The translations under genes were made by a program, and so were the position numbers. Source: Halogeometricum borinquense DSM 11551 (GTDB taxonomy: Archaea; Halobacteriota; Halobacteria; Halobacteriales; Haloferacaceae). From it: 32,000 nt of DNA. The notes beneath the pieces were generated by a model. It did no database searches and was not told where the DNA came from. It saw only the letters and a program-made list of their open reading frames with translations. Where the stretch lies: positions 2,670,001-2,702,000 of the forward strand of contig NC_014729.1 of assembly GCF_000172995.2 (NCBI RefSeq). Reading direction: 5' to 3'. Shown here one piece after another: positions 1-7,297 of this stretch. Numbering within the stretch: the first letter of the stretch is position 1; each line of letters begins with the position of its first letter.

Positions 1-2107
1 CGATATGCTCGATGCCCTCGATGGCGTCGTGATCACCGGGGTGGACGGAGGTGTTGTCGTTCATCGTCCGCGCGAGACCTTTGTACAGAATCTCGTGCAT
101 CAGCGTGGATTTGCCGGATCCGGAGACGCCCGTGATGGCGGTGAACTGCCCGATTGGGAGCTCTACGTCGAGATCTTTTAGATTGTGTTGCCGCGCGCCG
201 CGGACGGTGAGGAAGTTCTCGGAACTGCGGCGCTCGTCGGGGACGGGAATCTCCTTGCGCCCCGAGAGGTAGTCGCCAGTGATAGAGTCGTCAGCCGCGC
301 AGATATCGTCGAAGTCTCCCTGTACGACGACTTCGCCGCCGCGTTTGCCCGGACCGGGACCCATGTCCACGACGTTGTCAGCGCGGCGCATCGTCTCCTC
401 GTCGTGTTCGACGACGATGAGCGTGTTTCCGAGGTCGCGGAGTCCTTCGAGCGTGTTCAACAGGCGGTCGTTGTCGCGTTGGTGGAGCCCGATAGAAGGT
501 TCGTCAAGGACGTAGAGGACGCCGACGAGACCGGATCCGACCTGCGTTGCGAGACGAATCCGCTGGCTCTCGCCGCCCGAGAGCGTCGAGGCCTCTCTGT
601 CGAGTGTGAGATATTCGAGACCCACTTCCTCCATGAAGCCGAGACGGGCGCGGATCTCTTTCAGAATCTCCTCGGCGATGGTGCGCTCCCTCTCGTCGAG
701 TTCGGCTTCCAGCCCCTCGAAATGTTCGAGCGCGTCGCCGATGCTCATTCGGTTGACTTCAGTGATGGACGTATCGGCGACGAGGACGTGCCGCGATTGT
801 TCTTTCAGACGCGTGCCGTCACAGTCCGGACAGGTGGTGACGGCCATGTAGTCCTCGATGTGTTCGCGCGTCGAGTCGGAGTCCGTCTCGACGTGGCGGC
901 GTTCGAGGTTCGGGATAACACCCTCGAAGCGCTTTTCTTTCCGGCGCGTCCCGTTGCGCGTCTGTCGTTTGAACACGACCTGTTCGTCGGTACCGTAGAG
1001 GAACTGTCGCTGCACGTCCTCGTCTAACTCCTCGAACGGCGTGTCCACGGAGACGTCGAAGTGAGCCGCCACCGAGTCGATTCGCGTGCGGTAGTACGAG
1101 CGGTTGTACGACCACGGTTCGAAGACGTGCTTGACCGGCTTCGAGGAGTCCACAACGACGAGGTCCTCGTCCACCTCTTTGGTCTGCCCGAGGCCCTCAC
1201 AGGCCGGACACGCACCGTGCGGGCTGTTAAAGGAGAACGACCGCGTCTCTATCTCGGTAAACTGGAAATCGGAGTTCGGGTTCCCCAACTCCTCCGAGAA
1301 CTGGACGACGAGTCTATCGTCGCCCTCGCCCGCGAGATCACCCGTCGAACGCGTGTTCGAGCCGAACGGCACGTCTTCCGGCGGGTCGGGGACGACGAGT
1401 TTCAACACGCCGTCGGCCTCCGTCAGCGCCGTCTCGACGCTGTCTGCGATACGGGACCGGTCTTCGGGTCGAATCTTCACCCGATCGACAACTACGTCGA
1501 TGGTGTGGTCGTAGTTCTTGTCGAGATCCGGTCGGTTGACCGTGAGATCGAACGCTTCGCCGTCCACTTCGACGCGGGCGTAGCCGTCGGCGACGAGTTC
1601 GTCGAACAGATCCTCGAACGCCCCTTTCTGGTCGCGGACGACGGGAGCGACGATTTTCGCTCTCGTCCCGTCAGGAAGCGAGAGAATCTGCGTGACCATG
1701 TCCTGTGCGGACTGCTCGCCGACCTCTTCGCCCGTGAGAGGGTCGTACTGCGTCCCGACGCGAGCGTACAGGAGGCGGAGATAGTCGTGCAGTTCGGTGA
1801 CGGTGCCGACGGTGGAACGGGGGTTGTTCGCCGCGTTCTTCTGATCGATGGAGATCGCAGGCGAGAGACCTTCGACGGCCTCCACCTGCGGTTTGTCCAT
1901 CTGCCCGAGGAAGTTACGGGCGTACGCCGACAGCGACTCGATATACCGTCGCTGGCCTTCGGCGTAAATCGTCTCGAAGGCGAGCGACGACTTGCCCGAC
2001 CCCGAAAGACCAGTAACGACGGTGAACGCTTCACGAGGAATCTGGACGTCGAGGTCTTTGAGGTTGTGTTCTTCGGCACCCCGTACCTCGATAAAGTCCT
2101 TGCTCAT
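1..2107 (-). CDS. uvrA: Excinuclease ABC subunit A (UvrA); gene 3' end lies beyond position 1
   Basis: The minus-strand frame is open from ATG at 2107 to the window edge; it is absent from the ORF track because no stop lies in the window. The N-terminus reads [55 protein letters not shown]. Near position 1 it reads [41 protein letters not shown]. These are the two UvrA ABC Walker A modules. Confidence 0.92.
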   Translation of the reverse strand, partial: MSKDFIEVRGAEEHNLKDLDVQIPREAFTVVTGLSGSGKSSLAFETIYAEGQRRYIESLSAYARNFLGQMDKPQVEAVEGLSPAISIDQKNAANNPRSTVGTVTELHDYLRLLYARVGTQYDPLTGEEVGEQSAQDMVTQILSLPDGTRAKIVAPVVRDQKGAFEDLFDELVADGYARVEVDGEAFDLTVNRPDLDKNYDHTIDVVVDRVKIRPEDRSRIADSVETALTEADGVLKLVVPDPPEDVPFGSNTRSTGDLAGEGDDRLVVQFSEELGNPNSDFQFTEIETRSFSFNSPHGACPACEGLGQTKEVDEDLVVVDSSKPVKHVFEPWSYNRSYYRTRIDSVAAHFDVSVDTPFEELDEDVQRQFLYGTDEQVVFKRQTRNGTRRKEKRFEGVIPNLERRHVETDSDSTREHIEDYMAVTTCPDCDGTRLKEQSRHVLVADTSITEVNRMSIGDALEHFEGLEAELDERERTIAEEILKEIRARLGFMEEVGLEYLTLDREASTLSGGESQRIRLATQVGSGLVGVLYVLDEPSIGLHQRDNDRLLNTLEGLRDLGNTLIVVEHDEETMRRADNVVDMGPGPGKRGGEVVVQGDFDDICAADDSITGDYLSGRKEIPVPDERRSSENFLTVRGARQHNLKDLDVELPIGQFTAITGVSGSGKSTLMHEILYKGLARTMNDNTSVHPGDHDAIEGIEHI

Positions 2108-2201
2108 CTACGCCCGGGTACGGGAAGCGCACGGCTAAAGCCATCGGTTGCGGTGGTTTAACACATTGAGACAGGTGCCTCGGGAGGAGGTACGAGACGA
2201 A

Positions 2202-2555
2202 CTACGAGAGTTTCTCGCGGCTAACGGCGACGCCCGTCGGAGTGATGATAATTTGGTCGTCACCCTTCTGGACGATATCACCGTCAACTTCCTCGGCAAC
2301 CTGTCGGAGGTCGTCTACGATGTGTTCCATCGTACTGTCGGAGGTCGTGTGTCGCGTGATGTCCGCAATAACGAGGTCGCCGTCGTAGACGGCGTCCTTG
2401 ATGCTGACGACGTCCTGTTTGTCGCCAATAGTAGCAATTCGAACGCTCATTCCCGCTTCGCCGCGAGCGGTGTCGAAGTCATCTAGATCGAGTTCGACAT
2501 AGTCCTCAGTCGTGTGGTTGTCACCTCCACTGAGGATTTTGCTCATGATGCCCAT
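2202..2555 (-). CDS. sepF: Cell division protein SepF (archaeal FtsZ anchor), 117 aa
   Basis: This is the C-terminal 117 aa of ORF 2202..2945, starting at the internal ATG at 2555. It reads MGIMSKILSGGDNHTTEDYVELDLDDFDTARGEAG...VYDGDLVIADITRHTTSDSTMEHIVDDLRQVAEEVDGDIVQKGDDQIIITP, which I recognise as haloarchaeal SepF. The upstream 130 aa of the ORF look like non-coding read-through. Confidence 0.85.
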   Translation of the reverse strand: MGIMSKILSGGDNHTTEDYVELDLDDFDTARGEAGMSVRIATIGDKQDVVSIKDAVYDGDLVIADITRHTTSDSTMEHIVDDLRQVAEEVDGDIVQKGDDQIIITPTGVAVSREKLS

Positions 2556-2590
2556 GCACGCAACAACCGCTAGCGTCGGGTTAGTTCTTA

Positions 2591-2610
2591 CGTCAGACGA
2601 CCGTCTGACG
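2591..2610. promoter_or_regulatory. Perfect 9-bp inverted repeat CGTCAGACG-ac-CGTCTGACG in the divergent sepF / DUF1028 intergenic region; candidate operator
   Basis: The palindrome was read directly from the sequence. It sits 36-55 nt upstream of the sepF ATG and abuts a TATA-like TAAGAACTAA on the minus strand. Confidence 0.3.
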
Positions 2611-2675
2611 CGACAAAATGGGAGCTGTGTGCCGCCAAACCGAATTTTTTGCGCCATGCCGCCAACGCACACAAC

Positions 2676-3368
2676 GTGACCTTCAGCATCTGCGTCCGCG
2701 AGACGTACGACGACGAGGTGGGTACCGAACAGACGCGATTCGGTGTCGCGGTGACGACGCGTCTTCCCGCCGTTGGAGCGCTCTGTCCGTTCGCCTCCGA
2801 GAACGGCGTGGTGGCGACACAGAGCCTCGTCAACGTCGAGTTGGGGGAGAAAGGAATCGACTATCTCGATGACGGACTCGCCATCGAAGACGCCCTGCAA
2901 GCGCTGTTGAACGCCGACGAAGGGCGCGAACAACGCCAACTGCACGGCGTCGGATTAGACGGGACGTTCGCATTTTCGGGCGCGGAGTGTCAGGGATGGT
3001 TCGGACACCGCGTCGGGGAGCACTACACCGTCGCCGGCAACCTTCTCACCGGTGAGGAGGTTATCGACGCTGCCGCAGACGCCTACGAGTCCGGAAACAG
3101 GGACGACCCTCTCGCAGTGCGACTGATCGAGACACTAGAAGCGGGCCACGAAGCGGGCGGCGACAAGCGCGAGGATCTGACAGTGCAGAGCGCCGCGCTC
3201 GTAGTGACGACGACGGAGGACCAAGCGCCGACACCGTACTACAACGACCTGCGCGTGGATGCGACGCGGACGCCGATTTCCGACCTCTACGAGACGTACG
3301 AGACGGCCAGAGAGGGGTACGAGGCGGCGATAGCGAAGTATCAGAACGAGCAAAACAGCGAAGCGTAA
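2676..3368 (+). CDS. DUF1028-family (Ntn-hydrolase-like) protein
   Basis: In ORF 2649..3368 I recognise the DUF1028 pattern: (M)TFSICVRE...GVAVTTRLPAVGALCPFASENGVVATQS...GAECQGWFGH...YTVAGNLL...LEAGHEAGGDKR..QSAALVV. A GTG at 2676 gives the family-typical MTFSI N-terminus. It lies about 27 nt downstream of the T-rich box ATTTTTT (2644-2650), which fits a leaderless start. Confidence 0.8.
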   Translation: MTFSICVRETYDDEVGTEQTRFGVAVTTRLPAVGALCPFASENGVVATQSLVNVELGEKGIDYLDDGLAIEDALQALLNADEGREQRQLHGVGLDGTFAFSGAECQGWFGHRVGEHYTVAGNLLTGEEVIDAAADAYESGNRDDPLAVRLIETLEAGHEAGGDKREDLTVQSAALVVTTTEDQAPTPYYNDLRVDATRTPISDLYETYETAREGYEAAIAKYQNEQNSEA

Positions 3369-3416
3369 GGGAGTGTGGCGTGGTACGTTGCAAAGTAACG
3401 GATTATACGTGGAACA

Positions 3417-3454
3417 GGCGCAATATCACGGCCTTCAGGCCGTGGATACGCGCC
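3417..3454. terminator. Two-tier GC-rich stem-loop (GGCGC..CACGGCC-ttca-GGCCGTG..GCGCC); possible bidirectional terminator between DUF1028 and the RNase P RNA gene
   Basis: The outer 5-bp stem is 3417-3421/3450-3454 and the inner 7-bp stem is 3427-3433/3438-3444. It lies downstream of both convergent genes. No long oligo-T run is present, so the function is uncertain. Confidence 0.3.
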
Positions 3455-3516
3455 GTCATTCTGGGCACCAGTCTACCGCTCAAACGGACGCTCTGAGTTT
3501 CCTACGAGAACTTTAA

Positions 3517-3921
3517 TTGACAGGCCGCCGTACCGAAGGGTAGGAATCGGTCGGAACGGAGCGGATTCTGAACCGTCCTACGGAGGCGGCCTGTCCGCCT
3601 ACCTAACGAGGCAATATCCGAAAGGGCAATCGGTGAACGCACATGCTCGAAGCGTGTGTCTGTGTTGACTGCTTGAAGCGAACCAGACGATACCCCCGAC
3701 TCTGCTGATGCCTGCTGGCGTCCCCGTGGCCAAAACAACACCGGGACGCCATACACGGTCGAGGATAGGGGTAACAGCGGTTTGGCACCGCCATCAGTCC
3801 ACCAGTCCGATGCTGTGGGACTACCCGTGCCCAAAAGGACTGGTAGTCCAGTGATTGGACTGCAAACCTGAAACTCCCACCGCTCGGGATTCCTCCACCT
3901 TCAGGCGGAGGAGGATGTCAA
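3517..3921 (-). ncRNA. rnpB: RNase P RNA (archaeal type A-like); ends approximate (+/- ~50 nt)
   Basis: The 623-nt gap 3369-3991 has no credible ORF and is densely structured. The minus strand reads GGAGGAAUCCCGAGCGG (3896-3880), resembling CR-I GAGGAAAGUCCGGGC. It also reads UUCAGAAUCCGCUCCG (3572-3557), resembling CR-V ACAGAAcCCGGCU. GAGCGG and CCGCUC can pair as P4. The hairpin 3891-3912 has a G-U pair on the minus strand but an A-C mismatch on the plus strand. Confidence 0.62.
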
Positions 3922-3991
3922 ACCGTGGTACCTGTGGTGTGATGCGTTGCAGAGCAGTGCCTTACGAGGAACGAGACGGGAACAGTGAGAT

Positions 3992-4474
3992 TCAGACCGC
4001 GAACTCGAAGAGGTCGTCGCCGACGTGGTGAAGCGACTCGACGACTTTGCCGGAGTCGCCGACCATCTCTGCACCGGGTTCGAGGGCGCGGCCGACGGCG
4101 AGGACTTTGCCGTGCGTCTCCTCGGCGATGAGGACGAGATCACCGGGTTCGATGTCGTCGTCGGCATCGACGATACCGGGGCGCATCACGTCCGCGCCGT
4201 CGCTCACGAACGAGATGGCACCGGCGTCAACGGTGACGACGTTCTTCGTCGGTTCGTAGGCGTTTGCGCCAGCGACGGTGAGGAACGGCCGTTCGTCGTC
4301 CATATAGACGACGACAGGGTCGCCGTCCACGAGGACAACATCGAAATCGGCGTCCGCGAGTTCGACCATCTCGTAAGCGTCGCCGTCCATCTGGACGCCT
4401 GTCTGTGCGGCAATCTCCTCCTCCAACTCCGAAATCTCATCCGAACGGAGATGGTGACGGGATTTGACGTTCAT
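3992..4474 (-). CDS. PUA-domain RNA-binding protein
   Basis: The 160-aa ORF has a C-terminal half typical of archaeal PUA-domain proteins: VTVDAGAISFVSDGADVMRPGIVDADDDIEPGDLVLIAEETHGKVLAVGRAL. TTTATT on the minus strand (4505-4500) is centred about 27 nt upstream of the ATG, which fits a leaderless start. Confidence 0.8.
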   Translation of the reverse strand: MNVKSRHHLRSDEISELEEEIAAQTGVQMDGDAYEMVELADADFDVVLVDGDPVVVYMDDERPFLTVAGANAYEPTKNVVTVDAGAISFVSDGADVMRPGIVDADDDIEPGDLVLIAEETHGKVLAVGRALEPGAEMVGDSGKVVESLHHVGDDLFEFAV

Positions 4475-4614
4475 ACCACGGCAGAGGATAGCGTCGTGAA
4501 TAAATCGACCGTTATTCGAAGGCCAAGACGGTCACGACCGTCGGAACTACCGTTTCGACATCATATGTCTGACGCGGAACAAACGCTAAGTGACGGGAGC
4601 GCCTGCTGAGTCGT

Positions 4615-4923
4615 ATGTGGCGTTCCCGGACCAACCGGGACCGGAAAACGGTCGTTTGTCTCGCCTGCGGGACGTCCGTCCTCCGTGGCGAAGCCCGCGA
4701 GTACGACAAAGAGGGAGACCGCTGGAACCGGCAGGGCAAGGAGTTCGAACACCTCTGCAAGGAGTGTTACCGAGAGCTGTGTCACCAACCGCGAGCCGAA
4801 CTCGAATCACTCATCCTCGGCATCGAAGAAGACACGCTCTCTCAAGAAGAGTTTCTCAAACGTTACTTCGACGCGGTCGAAGAGCGGTACAGCCAGACGG
4901 AAGAGACCGAACGCGAACGCTGA
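4615..4923 (+). CDS. Small zinc-finger protein (two CxxC pairs)
   Basis: The 102-aa ORF carries CLAC...(27 aa)...CKEC and an acidic C-terminus. This is the type of small CPxCG-related zinc-finger protein common in haloarchaea. Coding-like composition supports the call. Confidence 0.65.
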   Translation: MWRSRTNRDRKTVVCLACGTSVLRGEAREYDKEGDRWNRQGKEFEHLCKECYRELCHQPRAELESLILGIEEDTLSQEEFLKRYFDAVEERYSQTEETERER

Positions 4924-5094
4924 TTCCGTCAGGTCGCGTCGGGTCGAGTCAGTCGGGGTGGGTCGGGTCCACCGCCGACGGATTCGACCCGCCGCGTTCC
5001 GGGTTCAGCCCGTCGTTCGCCGAAGCCGTCCCGAAATCGAATCGGTGCGGCCCCGTGCGACACGCCTAACTACCTCTCGCGTTAAGTGCTCTCC

Positions 5095-6417
5095 ATGTCG
5101 AACGACGCGCAGGCGCAGGCCGGGACGGCCGAGGGGCAAGGCCCCGTCGAAATCAGTCCCGATGTCGCCCGGCAACTGCAAGATAAACGCGAAGAACTCT
5201 TCGAGGAGTTCGAGATTCGTGATGCGTTCCCCGGTCCGGTTCTCTCCGAGGCGCGCGAACGAACGAAGGGTGTTCAAGACGAGATACAAGAAGAGGTCGA
5301 ACAGCGGCAGGATCTCCGCGATCTGACGACGTGGACGACCGACCCTATCGACGCACAGGACTTCGACGACGCCATCTCTATCGCAGAAAACGAGGAGACG
5401 TACACGCTGTGGGTCCACATCGCCGATGTGACCCATTACGTCCACCCAGGGTCGGAGATGTGGGAAGAAGCCGTAAAACGCGGCAACACCGTCTATCTCC
5501 CCGCTTACACCATCCACATGCTCCCGCCGATACTGGCGGAGACGGTGTGTTCGCTTGTCCCCAACGAGGACCGTCTCGCTCACACGGTCGAGATGGAGAT
5601 CGACAAAGAGACGCTCTCGTTCGAGGAGATAGACATCTACAAATCCGTCATCGAATCCGACGAACGTCTCACCTACTCGCAGGCGGAGGAACGCTTAGAC
5701 GACGAGAGCCTCCCCCTCCACGAGGAGTGCAAACTCGTCTTCGAACTCGCAGACCGGATGCACGAACAGCGAAAAGAGGACGGATCACTCGTCCTCAATC
5801 CGAGTCGTGACCGCGCCCATACCATCATCGAAGAGTGCATGCTGAAGGCGAACAAAGCCGTCACGCACGAACTCATGTGGGGTCGCGGTGTCGAAGCGAT
5901 GTACCGCGTCCACCCGCAACCGACGCCCGACCAGTGGGACAAGGCGCTCCGTGAGATAATGGAACTCGACGGTGTGAAGATTCCGAGCGCGAAGTTCGAC
6001 GATCCGCGCAAGGCCGTCAACGCCGCCCTCGAAAACTCGCCGGGACGCGCCCTCAACAAGATTCAGCGCGCCGTGCTGAAGGTGATGCCGCGAGCGAAGT
6101 ACATGAACGACCCGTTCGGCGGGCACCACGCCCTCAACTTCGACATCTACGGCCACTTCACCTCGCCCATCCGCCGTCTGTCGGACCTTATCAACCACTG
6201 GATCGTCCACGAGAACGACGTCCCCGAGGACCTTGTCGAACTCTGCGACCGCGCTTCTGATCGGCAGAAGGACGCAGAGACCGCAGAGCGACTGTACAAG
6301 CAGTTCCTCGAAGAGGTCGGACTCGACCCCTACGCAGTGAACAACCGCGGTATCGTCACCGTTGACGACGACGGCAACGTCGTAGACGAAGACGGTCTGC
6401 CGCCCGCAGAAAACTAA
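5095..6417 (+). CDS. rnr: Exoribonuclease R (RNB catalytic domain only)
   Basis: ORF 5086..6417 is taken from the ATG at 5095 (MSNDAQ...). The RNB motifs are readable: TIDPIDAQDFDDAISI, VHIADVTHYV, RGNTVYLP...IHMLP, and HHALNFDIYGHFTSPIRRLSDLINH. Confidence 0.88.
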   Translation: MSNDAQAQAGTAEGQGPVEISPDVARQLQDKREELFEEFEIRDAFPGPVLSEARERTKGVQDEIQEEVEQRQDLRDLTTWTTDPIDAQDFDDAISIAENEETYTLWVHIADVTHYVHPGSEMWEEAVKRGNTVYLPAYTIHMLPPILAETVCSLVPNEDRLAHTVEMEIDKETLSFEEIDIYKSVIESDERLTYSQAEERLDDESLPLHEECKLVFELADRMHEQRKEDGSLVLNPSRDRAHTIIEECMLKANKAVTHELMWGRGVEAMYRVHPQPTPDQWDKALREIMELDGVKIPSAKFDDPRKAVNAALENSPGRALNKIQRAVLKVMPRAKYMNDPFGGHHALNFDIYGHFTSPIRRLSDLINHWIVHENDVPEDLVELCDRASDRQKDAETAERLYKQFLEEVGLDPYAVNNRGIVTVDDDGNVVDEDGLPPAEN

Positions 6418-6498
6418 CTCATCGAAGCACGGTCGGACGCGACTATCCGAGAGATAGCCGGCGAAGACCGAATTTCGATTCCACTATCGGGTCGGTCG

Positions 6499-6777
6499 CT
6501 ACTGTTTGTGCGTGAATAGCACCACTTTCTCGTCGTGCGTCGTCACGCACAGATCGAGCATCCGACTCAGTTCGAGACTGCTGTACTCCTCCTCGCAGAC
6601 GACGAGGTCGTCGAACGGTTCCTCGCAGGCCGGACAGGCGATGCTCACGGTGTTTCGGTACGTCGTCACCCCATCGACGGACTCGTTCGGCGTCAACGAG
6701 GTGGTGAGTTCGTCGTACTCCGCGTCGTCCATACTGACCTCTGCGTAGACCGCACGCTTAGTGGTACCGATGGACAT
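6499..6777 (-). CDS. Small conserved hypothetical protein with a CPAC motif
   Basis: The 92-aa acidic ORF contains CPACEEPFDDLVVCEEE. It has coding-like codon usage and fills the gap between rnr and the CBS gene. I do not recognise a family. Confidence 0.5.
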   Translation of the reverse strand: MSIGTTKRAVYAEVSMDDAEYDELTTSLTPNESVDGVTTYRNTVSIACPACEEPFDDLVVCEEEYSSLELSRMLDLCVTTHDEKVVLFTHKQ

Positions 6778-6804
6778 AACGAAGAAAACCGCAAGTCCCG
6801 AGCG

Positions 6805-7209
6805 TTACGACGGACTCGGAGCCTCGGCCGTCGAGAGGTAGGACGCGAGGTCGGTCGTGCTGATGATCCCGATAACACCCTCGTCGTCGTCCACGACGGG
6901 AACGTGGTGGAAGCCGTGCTGCATCATCGTATCCGCAACATCCTGGATGGGCACCTGTGCCGTCGTAGTCACCACATCGCTCGTCATGTATTCGGAGACA
7001 GGCGTCTGGTCTTTTGGCTGTCGTTCAGCGACGATTTGCACGAAGTCAGTCGTCGTCAAGATGCCGAGCAGTTGGTTGCCGTCATCGACAATGAGAACGG
7101 AACCGACACCGTTCTCCATCATCAGTTTCGCGGCGTCCTCAACGAGCGTATCCACAGAAACAGTGTGCAACGTCGTGGACATCAATCGGGCGACGAAGAT
7201 ATCTTCCAT
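6805..7209 (-). CDS. CBS domain pair protein
   Basis: The 134-aa ORF contains two CBS repeats: VARLMSTTLHTVSVDTLVEDAAKLMMENGVGSVLIVDD..LLGILTTTD and VSEYMTSDVVTTTAQVPIQDVADTMMQHGFHHVPVVDD..VIGIISTTD. A TATA-like TTATCA sits about 27-33 nt upstream of the ATG. Confidence 0.85.
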   Translation of the reverse strand: MEDIFVARLMSTTLHTVSVDTLVEDAAKLMMENGVGSVLIVDDGNQLLGILTTTDFVQIVAERQPKDQTPVSEYMTSDVVTTTAQVPIQDVADTMMQHGFHHVPVVDDDEGVIGIISTTDLASYLSTAEAPSPS

Positions 7210-7297
7210 AAATATACATTGAATTCTCCACTGATAAGCGTAGCGACAGAAACAGTATTCGGGGCGACGGGATCAGTCGAACGACGGTGACGGGTTG

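Noticed and set aside
185-2161. Long plus-strand ORFs 185..1027 (280 aa) and 1061..2161 (366 aa)
   Set aside because: They are antisense to uvrA, whose minus-strand translation is unmistakable. The plus-strand translations are R/V/D/G/H-rich with no recognisable motifs, typical of GC-rich shadow ORFs.
2556-2945. N-terminal 130-aa extension of ORF 2202..2945. Similar extensions occur on ORFs 10353..11768, 13628..15946, 20035..21459, 29086..29520 and 29450..30664.
   Set aside because: In each case the recognisable protein begins at an internal Met (SepF MGIMSK, EF-1a MSDKPHQ, EF-2 MGRRKK, RpoA2 MTEYEH, CrcB MTHRLD, ATPase MKTDVL). The extension is Arg/Ser/Pro-rich, runs through intergenic or neighbouring-gene sequence, and lacks coding character.
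3369-3991. Alternative identity of the structured RNA as SRP (7S) RNA, or as a plus-strand RNA
   Set aside because: No helix-8 signature (GGAA tetraloop followed by AGCA) was found on either strand. The G-U pairs in two hairpins exist only on the minus strand. The CR-I/CR-V/P4 pattern fits RNase P. I retain uncertainty and list it as a finding.
4590-5583. Overlapping ORFs 4590..5069, 4685..5326 and 5005..5583(-) around the zinc-finger gene and the rnr 5' end
   Set aside because: They are alternative frames of, or antisense to, better-supported genes (4615..4923 and rnr). Their composition is Arg/Pro/Ser-rich and they have no motifs.
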